From IMG/VR virus record IMGVR_UViG_3300044653_000098, positions 64,001 to 128,000 of that record: a stretch of 64,000 nt of DNA; one strand, 5' to 3'. Below, piece after piece: positions 28,033-38,970 of this stretch. The position numbers and the translations under genes were made by a program. Below the pieces are notes generated by a model. The model saw only the letters and a list, made by a program, of their open reading frames with translations. It did no database searches and had not been told where the DNA came from. Position 1 is the first letter of the stretch. The number at the start of each line of letters is the position of its first letter. This DNA is from a virus.

Positions 28033-28373
28033 TGCGTGTCTACCGGGATCGCTCCGGGCGTGTCGCCGGCACGTCCCAGGGCTGCTTGTCCTACTTTATC
28101 GGATGGTCGTTCGGGGTCATCCTCACACTTGGGGGAATCGCCCTCATCTTCCTGTGGCCGCTGGCGGTCTTCCAGGGACCTAACGACTGGCAGCCCCGGC
28201 TCTTCTGGTTCTTCACCCAGTGGTTCCTCGTCTCCCTGATCGTCCGCCGGGTCTCCCGCGTCGCCAGGCGCCGCCGGCTCGCCGCGCAGGCCGACCGGGC
28301 CATCGCTGAAAAGTACGGGCCCGGCCCGAGGGACTGGTCGCCCATGACCGACGACGGCCGACGGGCAATCTGA
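28032..28373 (+). CDS. Hypothetical membrane protein
   Basis: Two TM helices. Confidence 0.6.
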   Translation: MRVYRDRSGRVAGTSQGCLSYFIGWSFGVILTLGGIALIFLWPLAVFQGPNDWQPRLFWFFTQWFLVSLIVRRVSRVARRRRLAAQADRAIAEKYGPGPRDWSPMTDDGRRAI

Positions 28374-28395
28374 GCCTCACACGAGTAATACAGGC

Positions 28396-30927
28396 GTGAG
28401 CCAACCCACGACTGCGTTTGCGCCGGACTACGGTCTTATCTCCAGCGACGACGAGTTCGAGCAGCTCTGCCAGAAGCTGGTAGAAGATGGTCTGCCCTTC
28501 GGCTTTGACATCGAGACCAGCTATGACGGCGAGCCCCGCGAGGAAGCCCAGCTGCACCCGGAGACTAACTTCGTCTGCGGGCTGAGCTTCACCAATGCCA
28601 CGACCTGGGCCCGGTATGCACCGCTGCGCCACGACTTCGGGTTCAACCTGGACAACAAGCGCGCCGCCGTCGCCTTCTGGCAGGTGGTGCAGACCCGGCT
28701 GGGGATCCCGCACAACGCGAAGTTCGAGCGTCGCTGCCTGTCCCGCTGGTTCATGGAGTACCTGGGCGATCACCCGCTGCTGGGCGCCGCGGTGCGTGCG
28801 GCCTGCGGGTACTTCGACGTCCTGTCCGACACGATGCTGGAATCCTACGTCGAGGCGGCCAACCAGAAGCACGGGCTAAAGGAAATCACCTTCCTCAACT
28901 TCGGCCACAAGATGGCTGAGATCTTCGACCTGTTCCCGCAGCGCCTGACCAAGGGCGGCAAGCCGCGCAAGCTCACGCAGAAGGAACAGAAGAGCATCCG
29001 GTTCAGTGAGCTGGACCAGCACGACCCTAAGGTCATCGCGTACGCCTGCGAGGACTCCCTGTGGGCGCTGGTCCACCACTACCGCCGCTACCCGGTGGTC
29101 AAGGACAACTGGATCTACCAGCTGGAGATGGCGATCCTGCCGATCGCCTGCAAGATGGAGGACCGGGGGGTCCAGTACGACTGGAACTTCCTGCGTGAGG
29201 GAGCAGTGCGCGCCCGGGCGTTCCAGGACAAGCTGGCGCGGGTGATCAACGCTGAGCTGACCAAGCTCGTGCGCGGGATGGACCCGGAAGCCGACGAGGT
29301 TGACATCAACCTCGCCTCCCCGGCGCAGATCTCCGCGGTGCTCTACGACAAGCTCGGGTTCACGACCCGGCGCAAGACCAACAGCGGGAAGAACTCGACC
29401 GACGAGGTCGCGCTGACCGGGCTGGCCAAGTCCTATCCGGTGGTCCAGCGGATCCTGGACTGGAAGTCGCTGAATAAGCTCGCAGGCACCTATCTGGAGG
29501 TCTACGAGGAGCGGTTCAGCTACGCACCTGATGGCAGGGCCCACCCCGGCTGGCTCCAGCATGGGGTGCCGGCCGGCCGGTTCGCGGCCGCGGGGCCGCC
29601 GGTCCAGCAGAGCCCCAAGCACTACCACTACAAGATCACCCGCGAGGAGTGGCAGGAGGCCACCGGCACCGCGGCGGAGCAGGACATTACCTTTGACTTC
29701 AACTTCCGCGATGCGATCGTCGCCCCGCAGGGCTACTACCTGATCGGGTTCGACTACAAGAACATGGAGCTGCGGGTTCTGGCCGGCGAGGCCCAGGAGC
29801 CCGCGCTGCTGGAGGCGTTCGGCCGAGGCGAGGACGTCCACATGCTGACCGCCACGCTCATGCTCGGGCGCCCGGCGGCCCAGATCGCCAAGGACGACCG
29901 GGACAAGTTCGGCAAGATCATGAACTTCGCCCTGTCCTATCAGATGGGTGTTGACGGCCTGTCCCAGCGTCTCGGTGTCAGCAAGGACGAAGCTCAGGCT
30001 TTGTTCGATCAGTATTTTTCTGCCTACACCCGGATCAAGGCGTACATGGACCAGACCGTGGCCAGCGCCAAGGCGCTCGGCTACATCACCACCCGGTTCG
30101 GCCGGAAGGTGAAGATCTGGGAGTTCCTGAGCAATGAGCGGTGGATCTACGCCGCCGGGGAGCGCCTGGCTGGGAACGCGCCGATCCAGGGCGCCGGGAC
30201 CGGGGACTACCCGAAGATCGCCATGGTGCGCGCTGAGGCGGCTCTGCAGCAGGCTGGGCTGGCGGACTCGGCCGAGCTGGTCATGAACATGCACGACGCC
30301 CTGTACTGGTACGTGAAGGCCGACGTGGCCCCGGCCGACGTTATTCGCGTCCTGCAGCCCGCGGTTGTCTTCCCGGTTGAGGGCTGGCCGCCTATCGAGG
30401 TCGAGTGGTGCGCCGGGTACCGGTGGGGATCAATGAAGGACTTGGAGGTGCTGCCAGATGGCTCTGTACGGATCGCCGGAGCAGAGGAGCCAGCAGTCGG
30501 AGTACGTGAACCGGCTGGAGTACCTGAGCAAGATGAACCAGCCGCTGAGCCAGTCGGAGCGCGAGTGGCGGTTCCAGAGCCGGCGGTGGCCAGCGCTGCT
30601 CCTGCTGTGCTCGCTGGGCCTGCTCGCAGCCCTGACCCTGGCCTACCTGCTCTGGACACTGCGCCCCGCACTGTGATCGTCACGCTCGAACGTCAGCCCG
30701 AGGTCTTGGCCTGGACGGGTTTCTGCGGCTGGTTGCAGAGCGATGAGATGGCCGGGAGCAACCGGGTGATCGTGCGTGTGCCCGCGGGAGAAGTGGAGCT
30801 GGATATGCGGTGCAAGCTCGACCCGGCGTGGCAGCCTAATGTGTCCCTGCTCTTCGGCGGGGCGGTGGTCAACTACGCTCCTGATAGCGTCGATACAGGA
30901 GCCCTGGCCGCCGGACTGAGCCTTTAG
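28396..30927 (+). CDS. polA: Family A DNA polymerase (3'-5' exonuclease plus polymerase) with extra C-terminal domain
   Basis: Exo FDIET, HNAKFE, YACED; motif A DYKNMELRVLA, motif B KIMNFALSYQMG, motif C MHDAL; no 5'-3' exonuclease. Confidence 0.95.
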   Translation: MSQPTTAFAPDYGLISSDDEFEQLCQKLVEDGLPFGFDIETSYDGEPREEAQLHPETNFVCGLSFTNATTWARYAPLRHDFGFNLDNKRAAVAFWQVVQTRLGIPHNAKFERRCLSRWFMEYLGDHPLLGAAVRAACGYFDVLSDTMLESYVEAANQKHGLKEITFLNFGHKMAEIFDLFPQRLTKGGKPRKLTQKEQKSIRFSELDQHDPKVIAYACEDSLWALVHHYRRYPVVKDNWIYQLEMAILPIACKMEDRGVQYDWNFLREGAVRARAFQDKLARVINAELTKLVRGMDPEADEVDINLASPAQISAVLYDKLGFTTRRKTNSGKNSTDEVALTGLAKSYPVVQRILDWKSLNKLAGTYLEVYEERFSYAPDGRAHPGWLQHGVPAGRFAAAGPPVQQSPKHYHYKITREEWQEATGTAAEQDITFDFNFRDAIVAPQGYYLIGFDYKNMELRVLAGEAQEPALLEAFGRGEDVHMLTATLMLGRPAAQIAKDDRDKFGKIMNFALSYQMGVDGLSQRLGVSKDEAQALFDQYFSAYTRIKAYMDQTVASAKALGYITTRFGRKVKIWEFLSNERWIYAAGERLAGNAPIQGAGTGDYPKIAMVRAEAALQQAGLADSAELVMNMHDALYWYVKADVAPADVIRVLQPAVVFPVEGWPPIEVEWCAGYRWGSMKDLEVLPDGSVRIAGAEEPAVGVREPAGVPEQDEPAAEPVGARVAVPEPAVASAAPAVLAGPARSPDPGLPALDTAPRTVIVTLERQPEVLAWTGFCGWLQSDEMAGSNRVIVRVPAGEVELDMRCKLDPAWQPNVSLLFGGAVVNYAPDSVDTGALAAGLSL

Positions 30928-30941
30928 GGAGTAACAGGATC

Positions 30942-31325
30942 ATGGATATCGAATACCACTGGGCGAGTGAGTACGCCCGCCGCAAGTTCGGCGTCACATT
31001 GAACGATGGAGACGATCTCTACCGTCTCCTCCGGGACATCCACCTCCGGGGCAGCGCCCCTGAGATTGCTGCGAAGCTGACGGGCGATCAGGTGTTCAAC
31101 CTGCTGAGCCTGGAGGCTGAATACCGCGCTCTTACCGCATACGGGATCTACGTCGGCGGCCTGTACGAGGCCGGAGGCGAGGCTGCGCTGCCTCCCGATG
31201 CACAGGACACCGCCACTAGGCTGCGTAAGCTGGCGGCGACACGCCAGGAGATGTTCGCTGACCTGCGCTCCAAGTTCGGGGCCGAGGAGCCTGCTATGGC
31301 CGGCGCGGCCGGGGCCGGTGTCTAG
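30942..31325 (+). CDS. Hypothetical protein
   Basis: ORF with GTAACA-N5-ATG context. Confidence 0.65.
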   Translation: MDIEYHWASEYARRKFGVTLNDGDDLYRLLRDIHLRGSAPEIAAKLTGDQVFNLLSLEAEYRALTAYGIYVGGLYEAGGEAALPPDAQDTATRLRKLAATRQEMFADLRSKFGAEEPAMAGAAGAGV

Positions 31326-31830
31326 CCCGGACCCATCCGCTAACCTCCGCGCTGCGATACTCAGCTGGCTTCAGGAGGCACAGCGCCTGCGCGCTCAGGT
31401 GTCGGCCGCTGTGCCTCCTCTGGGCTCTCACCCGGACCGCTTCGCTGAGGCGCTGCTGGTGGCCCGCGGGTGCCAGGACCGGGTCGAGCAGATCCTCGGT
31501 GAGGCGGAGAGCCTGCGGCACATGTCCCGTCGGTGGGCCTGGGATCTGGAAGCCACCGCCGACGACGCCTACGATGCCCAGGTGGCTGCGAACCGCCAGA
31601 TGGGTCGCGGCGGTGAAGGCGACTACCGCACCGGCCGCGAGCGCCAGGCGGAGATCAATCTTTCGATACTTACCCAGCTTCAGGCTCACCGGAGCGCCCG
31701 TCGTTTCTACGATGAAGTGGACGAGCTGGTCGAGCGGCTGCGGATCCTGCATCGCGGGATTGATGGAACGCGCCAGGATCTCGGCAACTACCTGCGTCAC
31801 GTGCAGTGGGAAAAGAGCATGGAACGATGA
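31318..31830 (+). CDS. Hypothetical coiled-coil protein
   Basis: Helical ORF in the replication block. Confidence 0.6.
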   Translation: MSSPDPSANLRAAILSWLQEAQRLRAQVSAAVPPLGSHPDRFAEALLVARGCQDRVEQILGEAESLRHMSRRWAWDLEATADDAYDAQVAANRQMGRGGEGDYRTGRERQAEINLSILTQLQAHRSARRFYDEVDELVERLRILHRGIDGTRQDLGNYLRHVQWEKSMER

Positions 31831-32057
31831 GATGCCACAGGTGCCATAAAATGATAGGCCCTGGCGTCGCATGGGCTAAGCACGTGGAGTGTCGCCGGGT
31901 AGATGGAGTGCTGAAGGTCTTCGGCAAAGACATGCCGGACGGGAAACTGGCCGACGCCCGCGGCGAGCTGGTGTGGGCCAAGGACTCCAAGTGCTACTGG
32001 ATTGATGCAAAGCATGAAAAGCGATCTGGAACTCCTGCGTCAGCGGCTGCGAGCTAA
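31827..32057 (+). CDS. Hypothetical Zn-binding protein
   Basis: CHRC..C; ATGA overlap. Confidence 0.5.
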   Translation: MRCHRCHKMIGPGVAWAKHVECRRVDGVLKVFGKDMPDGKLADARGELVWAKDSKCYWIDAKHEKRSGTPASAAAS

Positions 32058-32378
32058 GCAGGCCGAGCGCGCCGCTGACCCCGGCTACCGGGAACGGCCG
32101 TCATCCGATTGGCGTCCCCAGGATGTAGCCGACGTGGAGGAGCTGCTCAGTGCTGGCCAGCAAGATGAGAGACGAGCTGGACGAGAAGATCAATGAGTTC
32201 GGGGACTTTGATGTCTGCATGGTCGACACTCTGCAGCCGGAGTGGCGCATTCCGGTGGCCGACATAGTTGTAGAGCTGGGCGATGCAGATAGATTCACGC
32301 TCGTCTCCGAGTAAGTGGCTTTGTCAGAGCCCTCGGGTGTAATAGCTGTAACGATGACCCAAGCGCGAGGAGCGTGGC

Positions 32379-33830
32379 ATGGGACGAGTTCCATACAACG
32401 AAGAGTTCGGCGGCGGTACCGGCGGCCCCAAGTTCCCCAGGGTGTCTCTGGTCAAGGATCAGAAGATGCGTCTGATCTGCCCGGAGCAGCCTTACATGGA
32501 GTGGGTGCACAGGCTGGAGGCTCCCGAGTTCCAGAATGGCGAGCCCCTGAAAAAGAAGAGGGAGGGCCGTAACGGCGAACCGGACACCCTGGTCTGGTCG
32601 CTGGAGTGGATGGGCAACCCCATCTGCGCGGGCGTCCACGAGACGCTCAGGGCCAACGCTGGTCTGGACCCGCAGAACTGCCCGATCTGCGCTGTTTCCG
32701 TGCAGATGAACGGCAGGGGAGTTCGCGCGGCGCAGTGCCGGTACGCGATGAACGTGCTGGAATACCCGATGCTGCCGAACGGTCAGCTGGTCAGCCCGTT
32801 CAGCCTCCGGGTCCTGCTCTGGGCGTTCACGTCCAGGATGTACGACAAGCTCGTCGCGCTGCGGAACGAGCACGGCAGCTTCCAGGACCACGACATCATC
32901 ATCGGCCCGGTCGAAGGCCCGATCAATTTCCAGAAGTACCCGATCGAGATTGGGCGGCAGGCGTACTGGCAGCAGATCCCGAACGGCGAGCAGGTGGTCC
33001 GGGGCACCTACACCCCTGCCAATCTGGCCACCGAGATTCAGCTGCGTGACGCTTGCGGGCGGCCGCCGTCGCAGTACCTGACCCAGGATCTGGAGCGGGT
33101 GCAGCAGCGGTGGCAGATGGCTGACGCCGCGGAAGCTCAGGCCAACGGCAGCGCGGCGCCGCAGTTCAGCGGCCAGCTGCAGGCTCCGGCGCAGCAGAGC
33201 CTGCAGGCGGGGTTCGAGAACGTCCTTTCCGGAGGGCAGCAGGGCGGCCCGGCTCAGCCCATGTACGCCGGGCAGCAGCAGGCTCCGGGACAGTCCCAGT
33301 TCGGCGGGTTCCCGGCCCAGCCGCAGAACGGCCAGGCACCCCAGCCCGCGGCGGTCGCCGCGCCTGTGGGTAACCCGTTCGAGCAGCAGGCTGCTGCTCC
33401 CCAGGGCAACCCGTTCCCCGTGCAGGAGCAGCCCTCGGCTCAGCAGCCGGACTTCGCTGGGCAGGGGTACGGTCAGGGCTTCGGTCAGCAGCCACCTGCC
33501 ACTCCTCAGGGCAACCCGTTCGCCCCGCAGCAGGCAGCCGCGCCGCAGCAGCCCGCCCCTCAGGGCAACCCGTTCGCGCCGCAGCAGGGTGCTCCGGCCC
33601 AGGCCCAGCAGCCGTTCGCCGGCGTCCAGCCGGCGCAGCCTGCCCCGGGCCAGCAGCTGCCTCCGGGTCTGGCGATGTTCCAGCCCATGACCCAGGGTCA
33701 GCAGGCGCCTGTTCAGCCGTCGCTCGAAGCTCCGCCCGCTCAGGCTGCCCCGCAGGCTGGCCAGTCGGTGGCTTTCGGAGATCTCATGAACATGGGCGGC
33801 CAGCCACAGCAGGGCCCGCCGAGCCAGTGA
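32379..33830 (+). CDS. gp32-like single-stranded DNA-binding protein with Gln/Pro-rich tail
   Basis: H..C...CPIC Zn site, RYAMNVL, position before RuvC and RecA; 4x GNPF repeats in the tail. Confidence 0.6.
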   Translation: MGRVPYNEEFGGGTGGPKFPRVSLVKDQKMRLICPEQPYMEWVHRLEAPEFQNGEPLKKKREGRNGEPDTLVWSLEWMGNPICAGVHETLRANAGLDPQNCPICAVSVQMNGRGVRAAQCRYAMNVLEYPMLPNGQLVSPFSLRVLLWAFTSRMYDKLVALRNEHGSFQDHDIIIGPVEGPINFQKYPIEIGRQAYWQQIPNGEQVVRGTYTPANLATEIQLRDACGRPPSQYLTQDLERVQQRWQMADAAEAQANGSAAPQFSGQLQAPAQQSLQAGFENVLSGGQQGGPAQPMYAGQQQAPGQSQFGGFPAQPQNGQAPQPAAVAAPVGNPFEQQAAAPQGNPFPVQEQPSAQQPDFAGQGYGQGFGQQPPATPQGNPFAPQQAAAPQQPAPQGNPFAPQQGAPAQAQQPFAGVQPAQPAPGQQLPPGLAMFQPMTQGQQAPVQPSLEAPPAQAAPQAGQSVAFGDLMNMGGQPQQGPPSQ

Positions 33831-34357
33831 GCGACCTGCGCATCGCCGGGCTGGATCTGAGCCTCACCAGCACAGGTGTCGCTCTCATCCAGCCCGGCGG
33901 TCCCGTCTCTGTGTACCGGATCCAGCCGCCGTCCGCGGCCAAGGCCACTGTGCACGAGCGCCTGAAATTCCTCTACACCGAGGTCCGGCAGCTCGTGGCT
34001 GGCGCTACCCACATCACCGTCGAGGGGCCCGCATTCAACCAGAATGCGGCCGCCCACAAAATGGGCGGCGTGTGGTGGAACGTGATGCATGTTCTCTGGC
34101 TCGATAACCCCGATGCTGAGGTCGTGGTGGTGTCCCCGACCACGCTCAAGGTCTACGCCACCGGCCGGGGTAACAAGCTGGAAAAGGACGAGGTGGCCAT
34201 CAAGGTGGTCCGCCGCTACCCGGCCGTCGACATCCGTAATAACGACATGGCCGACGCGTGGGTCCTGGCGGCTATGACCGCCGATCAGCTCGGCTGCCCG
34301 GTGGTCGAGGTTCCCAAGGATCACCGCCGGGCCCTGAAGGACTGGCCCTACAAATAG
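33827..34357 (+). CDS. ruvC: RuvC-like Holliday junction resolvase
   Basis: IAGLDLSLTSTGVA, VEG, PTTLKVYATGRGN and NDMADAWVLA. Confidence 0.9.
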   Translation: MSDLRIAGLDLSLTSTGVALIQPGGPVSVYRIQPPSAAKATVHERLKFLYTEVRQLVAGATHITVEGPAFNQNAAAHKMGGVWWNVMHVLWLDNPDAEVVVVSPTTLKVYATGRGNKLEKDEVAIKVVRRYPAVDIRNNDMADAWVLAAMTADQLGCPVVEVPKDHRRALKDWPYK

Positions 34358-34366
34358 GAGCGCTAC

Positions 34367-35440
34367 ATGGCAGGTAAGACCAAGCAGGACGGTGCTGAGG
34401 TTGCCGACCCGCTGGCTGCGTTCATGGCCAAGGTCAACAAGGAACACGGTGAGGGGTCCATGCTGACCCTGAATGACAGCGCCATCGAGGTCGAGCGCAT
34501 CACCACCGGCTCGATCGGCCTGGATGACGCGCTCGGTGGCGGACTGCCCCGCGGCCGGATCGTGGAGATCTACGGCCCGGAGAGCTGCGGGAAGACGACC
34601 GTGGCCCTGCAGGCGGCCTACCGGGTGCAGCAGGCTGGCGGGCGGGTGTTCTTTGTCGACGCCGAGTATGCGCTGGACCCGGACCTGTGCCGGGGGATCG
34701 GGATCGACACCGACCAGCTGTATTTCCTTCAGCCTGACACCGGGGAGCAGGGGCTGAACGTCACCCAGGACGCGATTGAGTGCGGGCTGTTCGACCTGAT
34801 CATCGTGGACTCGGTCGCGGCCCTGGTGCCCAAGGCGGAGATCCAGGGGGAGATCGGGGACTCGTTCGTGGGGCTTCAGGCCCGGCTTATGTCACAGGCC
34901 ATGCGAAAGCTGGTCGGGGCGTTCCCGGGCCCAGGTGAGCCCGGTCGCCGCGCGGTCGTCATTTTCATCAACCAGCTGCGCATGAAGATCGGTGTGCAGT
35001 TCGGCAGCCCGGAGGACACGCCTGGCGGCAAGGCGCTGAAGTATTACTCCTCGGTCCGGCTCGACGTCCGGCGCATCGAGACCCTTGGCGGCCACGCCGC
35101 TGCCTACGGCAACAAGCTGAGGATCAAGGTCACCAAGAACAAGGTCGCGCCGCCGTTCAAGACGGCTGAGGTGGACCTGCTGTTCGGCCGCGGGATCAGC
35201 CGTGAGGGCGAGCTGGTCGACCTGGGTGTGGAGCGGGGTGTCATCCGCAAGTCCGGCTCCTGGTACATCTACGGGGATCTCCAGATCGGGCAGGGCAAGG
35301 CCAACGCCGTCGACTGGCTTGCTGCTAACCCGGACATCGCTGGGGAGATCGACGTCCAGATCCGGGCGCTGCTGGCCAGTAGCGCTCCGGCCCCCGTCCC
35401 GGTGGTGGCTGAGGTGGGGAATCCGTTCGCCACCACCTGA
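34367..35440 (+). CDS. recA: RecA recombinase
   Basis: [36 protein letters not shown] and KNKVAPPF. Confidence 0.98.
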   Translation: MAGKTKQDGAEVADPLAAFMAKVNKEHGEGSMLTLNDSAIEVERITTGSIGLDDALGGGLPRGRIVEIYGPESCGKTTVALQAAYRVQQAGGRVFFVDAEYALDPDLCRGIGIDTDQLYFLQPDTGEQGLNVTQDAIECGLFDLIIVDSVAALVPKAEIQGEIGDSFVGLQARLMSQAMRKLVGAFPGPGEPGRRAVVIFINQLRMKIGVQFGSPEDTPGGKALKYYSSVRLDVRRIETLGGHAAAYGNKLRIKVTKNKVAPPFKTAEVDLLFGRGISREGELVDLGVERGVIRKSGSWYIYGDLQIGQGKANAVDWLAANPDIAGEIDVQIRALLASSAPAPVPVVAEVGNPFATT

Positions 35441-35499
35441 TGGTGCTTCCTGTCCCCTGATGCGTAATAGCGTCAGAAGCTCATGTCCGAGGAGGCACT

Positions 35500-36678
35500 A
35501 TGGCAACCGTTACCTTCGAGCAGATGCGTGACAAGCTCCTGACCGTCGACCAGACTCTGGAGTCGCTGCGCTCGACCGAGCCCCTGACCGAGGTGGTCTT
35601 CCATCCGGCCGAGACCGTCACGTTCCGGATCGCGCCCGGCTGGCAGGAGGGGAACAAGAACGACAACTACGCCGCGGTCGACGCCCACATCCAGATCCCC
35701 AGTGGCGAGGAGTACCAGCTGAGCCGGCTGGCGCTGCTGGAGGCCGGGGCTCTCGCTGGCATCCCGCGGCACAAGCAGGAGGAGTGGCCGGCCTCGTTCA
35801 TGGAGACCCTGCTCAACTGGTGGTTCCAGGAGAAGGCCGAGCGTGACCACAAGCTGCTCATCCGCGCAGCCAACGGCGGCAACCCCTCGCTGGCTCTGGC
35901 CGCCTGCCGCTCGACCATCACGCCGTTCTCAAACGTCCGGCTGATGGAGATCATGATCGACCGGGTCCGCCACAAGCTCGGTGCCGACGCCGAGGTGCTG
36001 GTCGACTACAAGTTCAGCCACAGCCTGGAATGGACGACCCTGCGGCTGGTCGTGCCGGACCTCAACCGGGTCATCACCGGCACCCGCGACGAGAACGACA
36101 CGTGGTGCGGCGGGATTGACCTGTCCAACTCGCTGGTCGGCATCCACCCAAGCCGCCTGCAGGGTTACGCCTTCCGGTGGTGGTGCACCAATGGCGAGAC
36201 CACCGACCTCGCCCAGACCACCCAGTTCTCCCGCAAGGGCTCCTACGACCCTGCCGACGTGTGGGCGTGGGCCCGGACCTCGGTAGATGAGATCCTGGGC
36301 GGTCTGAGTGGCGTGTTCGATAGCGTCCAGCAGCTTACCGCGGCGCCGGTTACCGGAGACTCCGCGAGCGTGACCGCGATCCTGCACGACCTGTTCGCCC
36401 GGTACAACGTCCCCGTCCGCGAGCGCAACCGGATCATCGCCGGGCTGGCTGACCTGGGTGGGGATATCACCATGTACGACCTCATGCAGGAGGTCACCCG
36501 CGCAGCCAACATGGATGGCCTGCCTCCGCGGGCGGTCGCCCAGCTCATGGCGCTCGGCGGTCACATGGCCGAGGCGGGCACCGAGCGGTGCACCGAGGAG
36601 CACCCGTGCCGTCGGCTGCTGCCGCCCGACTTCCAGATCCCGCGCTCGCGCGTCCGGCAGAACCCCGCCACCAACTAG
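35500..36678 (+). CDS. DUF932-family protein
   Basis: GIDLSNS..G and FRWWCTNG motifs. Confidence 0.65.
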   Translation: MATVTFEQMRDKLLTVDQTLESLRSTEPLTEVVFHPAETVTFRIAPGWQEGNKNDNYAAVDAHIQIPSGEEYQLSRLALLEAGALAGIPRHKQEEWPASFMETLLNWWFQEKAERDHKLLIRAANGGNPSLALAACRSTITPFSNVRLMEIMIDRVRHKLGADAEVLVDYKFSHSLEWTTLRLVVPDLNRVITGTRDENDTWCGGIDLSNSLVGIHPSRLQGYAFRWWCTNGETTDLAQTTQFSRKGSYDPADVWAWARTSVDEILGGLSGVFDSVQQLTAAPVTGDSASVTAILHDLFARYNVPVRERNRIIAGLADLGGDITMYDLMQEVTRAANMDGLPPRAVAQLMALGGHMAEAGTERCTEEHPCRRLLPPDFQIPRSRVRQNPATN

Positions 36679-36680
36679 CC

Positions 36681-36926
36681 ATGCCACACGGAGACTCAGA
36701 CGAGCAGGCCCGCTCCGGCGGGCCTCTCGTTCTGACCGCCCTGGTCGACTGCGCCATGGACGAGGGCGGCTGCGGGACGACCTTTCAGGCCATCTGGACG
36801 GACGACTCCCTCTCGGTCGAGGACATGGCCGAGCCCCCGGTGGCCAGCATCACCTGCCCGGAATGCGGCCACGTCCACGTGGCCATGGAATGGCCGGGCT
36901 GGACCTTCTACAGTGAAGCCGGGTGA
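36681..36926 (+). CDS. Small Zn-ribbon protein
   Basis: C......CG...CPECG. Confidence 0.6.
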   Translation: MPHGDSDEQARSGGPLVLTALVDCAMDEGGCGTTFQAIWTDDSLSVEDMAEPPVASITCPECGHVHVAMEWPGWTFYSEAG

Positions 36927-36935
36927 TAGAGCAGG

Positions 36936-37862
36936 ATGATTGACACCCTGGAGATAGAGAACTACCAGTCGCTGCGGAAGGTCCGGCTGCGCCTTGGCCG
37001 GTTCACCGTTATCACCGGGCCGACCGGCTCGGGCAAGACCGCGATCTTCCGGGCCGCCCGGCATCTGGTCTTCAACTCCCGCGGGGACTCCTACATCACC
37101 CGCGGGCAGAAGAGCTGCAAGGTGATCGCCAGCGTCCAGGAGGAAGGCTGGTCGGCCGGGATCGAGCGCGGCAAGACCAGCTGCTACCGGATCTCCAAGC
37201 TCGCAGGTGAGCCCGAGACGGCAACCTTCACCAAGCTCGCCGGGGGCGTCCCTGACGCGGTTACCGGGTTGCTGCGGCTGGGCAAGCTGAACTTTGCCTC
37301 CCAGTTCGACGGCCCGTTCCTGCTGGAGGAGTCGGCCGGCGAGGTCGCGCGGGTGCTCGGCGCGCTCACCAACGTCACCGTGGTCTTCGAGGCCGCCCGC
37401 GAGGCGACCCGGCGCAAGCAGAGGCTGGGCGACCAGCTGAAGGACCGCCAGGCAGAGCTGGCCCGGCTCCAGGAGGAGGCGCAGGGCTTCGCTGGCCTCC
37501 CGGGCCGCCTGCAGGCTGTCCAGGCGGCTGAGGCCGCTCAGGAGCGTCTGGAGGGTACCCAGGCCAGGGGGCAGCGCCTGCAGCAGCTTCTGGCGCAGCG
37601 CGCGGCCGCTCACGAAGCGCTCCAGCGAGCGGCCGCCGCGGTGCGGCCGGTGCCAGATCTTGATAAAGCTGAGGCCGCGTACTCACGCTGGAGGCGTCTG
37701 GCGGACCTACTTACTGAGCGCGAATCGCTGCGGGTGCGGTACATGGGAGCCGACTCCGACGTGGCGCTTGCTACCGAGCGGATCCTCGGCCTGGAGAGAG
37801 AACACCACGAGATGCTCACGCAGGCCGGGGTCTGCCCGGTGTGCGGGCAGGCGGTCGGGTAG
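36936..37862 (+). CDS. SbcC/Rad50-like ATPase, N-terminal half
   Basis: LEIENYQS, Walker A GPTGSGKT, Q-loop ASQFD and coiled coil ending in the CPVC zinc hook. Confidence 0.85.
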   Translation: MIDTLEIENYQSLRKVRLRLGRFTVITGPTGSGKTAIFRAARHLVFNSRGDSYITRGQKSCKVIASVQEEGWSAGIERGKTSCYRISKLAGEPETATFTKLAGGVPDAVTGLLRLGKLNFASQFDGPFLLEESAGEVARVLGALTNVTVVFEAAREATRRKQRLGDQLKDRQAELARLQEEAQGFAGLPGRLQAVQAAEAAQERLEGTQARGQRLQQLLAQRAAAHEALQRAAAAVRPVPDLDKAEAAYSRWRRLADLLTERESLRVRYMGADSDVALATERILGLEREHHEMLTQAGVCPVCGQAVG

Positions 37863-37898
37863 GGTCGATTGGCCGGGTGTGCCTAGCCGGGAGGATCC

Positions 37899-38963
37899 GT
37901 GAGCGCAGAGGGCCAGGACCGCAGCAACTGGCAGCGTGTCGGGCCCTGGACCGGCCTCGGGTTCGGATTCTGCAAGGCCACCGAGAGCACCAACTACGTC
38001 GACCCGACCTTCGCCTCGAACTGGGCGAACATGCGCAGCGAGGGTGTGCCCCGCGGCGCCTACCATTTCTTCCACCCTTCCGTGGACGCGGCCGCGCAGG
38101 CTGAGTTCTTCGTCGCCCGCGTGCGCGACGAGGGGCTGGCCGACGGGGACATGCTCGTCTCCGATACCGAGATCACCGTGGGCACCGACGGCACGCTCCG
38201 GATGAGCCCGCACGCTGCCCGCCGCTCGGCCCTGTTCGACACCGACGAGGACAGCCGGCTTGTGCCGCTGGCCACCGACACCGGGGCCATCCCGCTCACG
38301 GCGGACGCAGCGGCGTTCCCCGGCTCGGTCAAGACGTTCCTGGACAGGGTGCACGAGCTGGCCCCGCACAGCCCGGTGCTGATCTACACCAACCTGTCGG
38401 TGGGGCGCCAGCTGGCCAGCTGCTCCGGCTACCTGCTGTGGATCGCCTGGCCAGAGGACACCCCGCCGCCGGACGTGGCCCCGTGGAAGAGCTGGAAGTT
38501 CTGGCAGTGGTCGTGGAGCGGAGGGTTCGATAACTGCGACCGGGACGCCTACAACGGCACGGTCGCTGAGCTGCACGACTGGCTGGGCAAATACAGGCGG
38601 GCGGATCCTGCCCCTGCGCCAAAGCCGGCGCCTGCTGTTCACCTGATGGAGGAAGACGTGCCGGTACTCAACACCGGGATCAACGCCCAGACGGAAATCT
38701 CGGTCCAGAAGGGCCAGGCCAAGGCCATCCAGTTCATCAACGACTGCGAGGGAGCTGGCGACCCGGCGCCCCATCTGCGCGTCGCGATCCTGTCCGAGGA
38801 GCACGGCTGGAGCCAGATCGAGGGCGCGCAGGAGGGCACGTTCGTGCTGAAGCCCTCGGGCGCCACCCAGGTCAACTTCACGGCCGGCGACGTCGTAGGG
38901 GTCAGCGTGAGCCGGTACGCCCAGGGCGCGCAGGTGCAGGTGGCGTACGCGCTTTTGACGTAG
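37899..38963 (+). CDS. GH25 lysozyme (endolysin)
   Basis: GQDRSNWQ, KATE..YVDP, GAYHFF, DTE, IYT, LWIA, WQWS and DRD. Confidence 0.9.
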   Translation: MSAEGQDRSNWQRVGPWTGLGFGFCKATESTNYVDPTFASNWANMRSEGVPRGAYHFFHPSVDAAAQAEFFVARVRDEGLADGDMLVSDTEITVGTDGTLRMSPHAARRSALFDTDEDSRLVPLATDTGAIPLTADAAAFPGSVKTFLDRVHELAPHSPVLIYTNLSVGRQLASCSGYLLWIAWPEDTPPPDVAPWKSWKFWQWSWSGGFDNCDRDAYNGTVAELHDWLGKYRRADPAPAPKPAPAVHLMEEDVPVLNTGINAQTEISVQKGQAKAIQFINDCEGAGDPAPHLRVAILSEEHGWSQIEGAQEGTFVLKPSGATQVNFTAGDVVGVSVSRYAQGAQVQVAYALLT

Positions 38964-38970
38964 TAGAGGT

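Noticed and set aside
33360-33600. DNA repeats CAGGGCAACCCGTTC as an array
   Set aside because: Coding repeats of the QGNPF peptide with irregular spacing.
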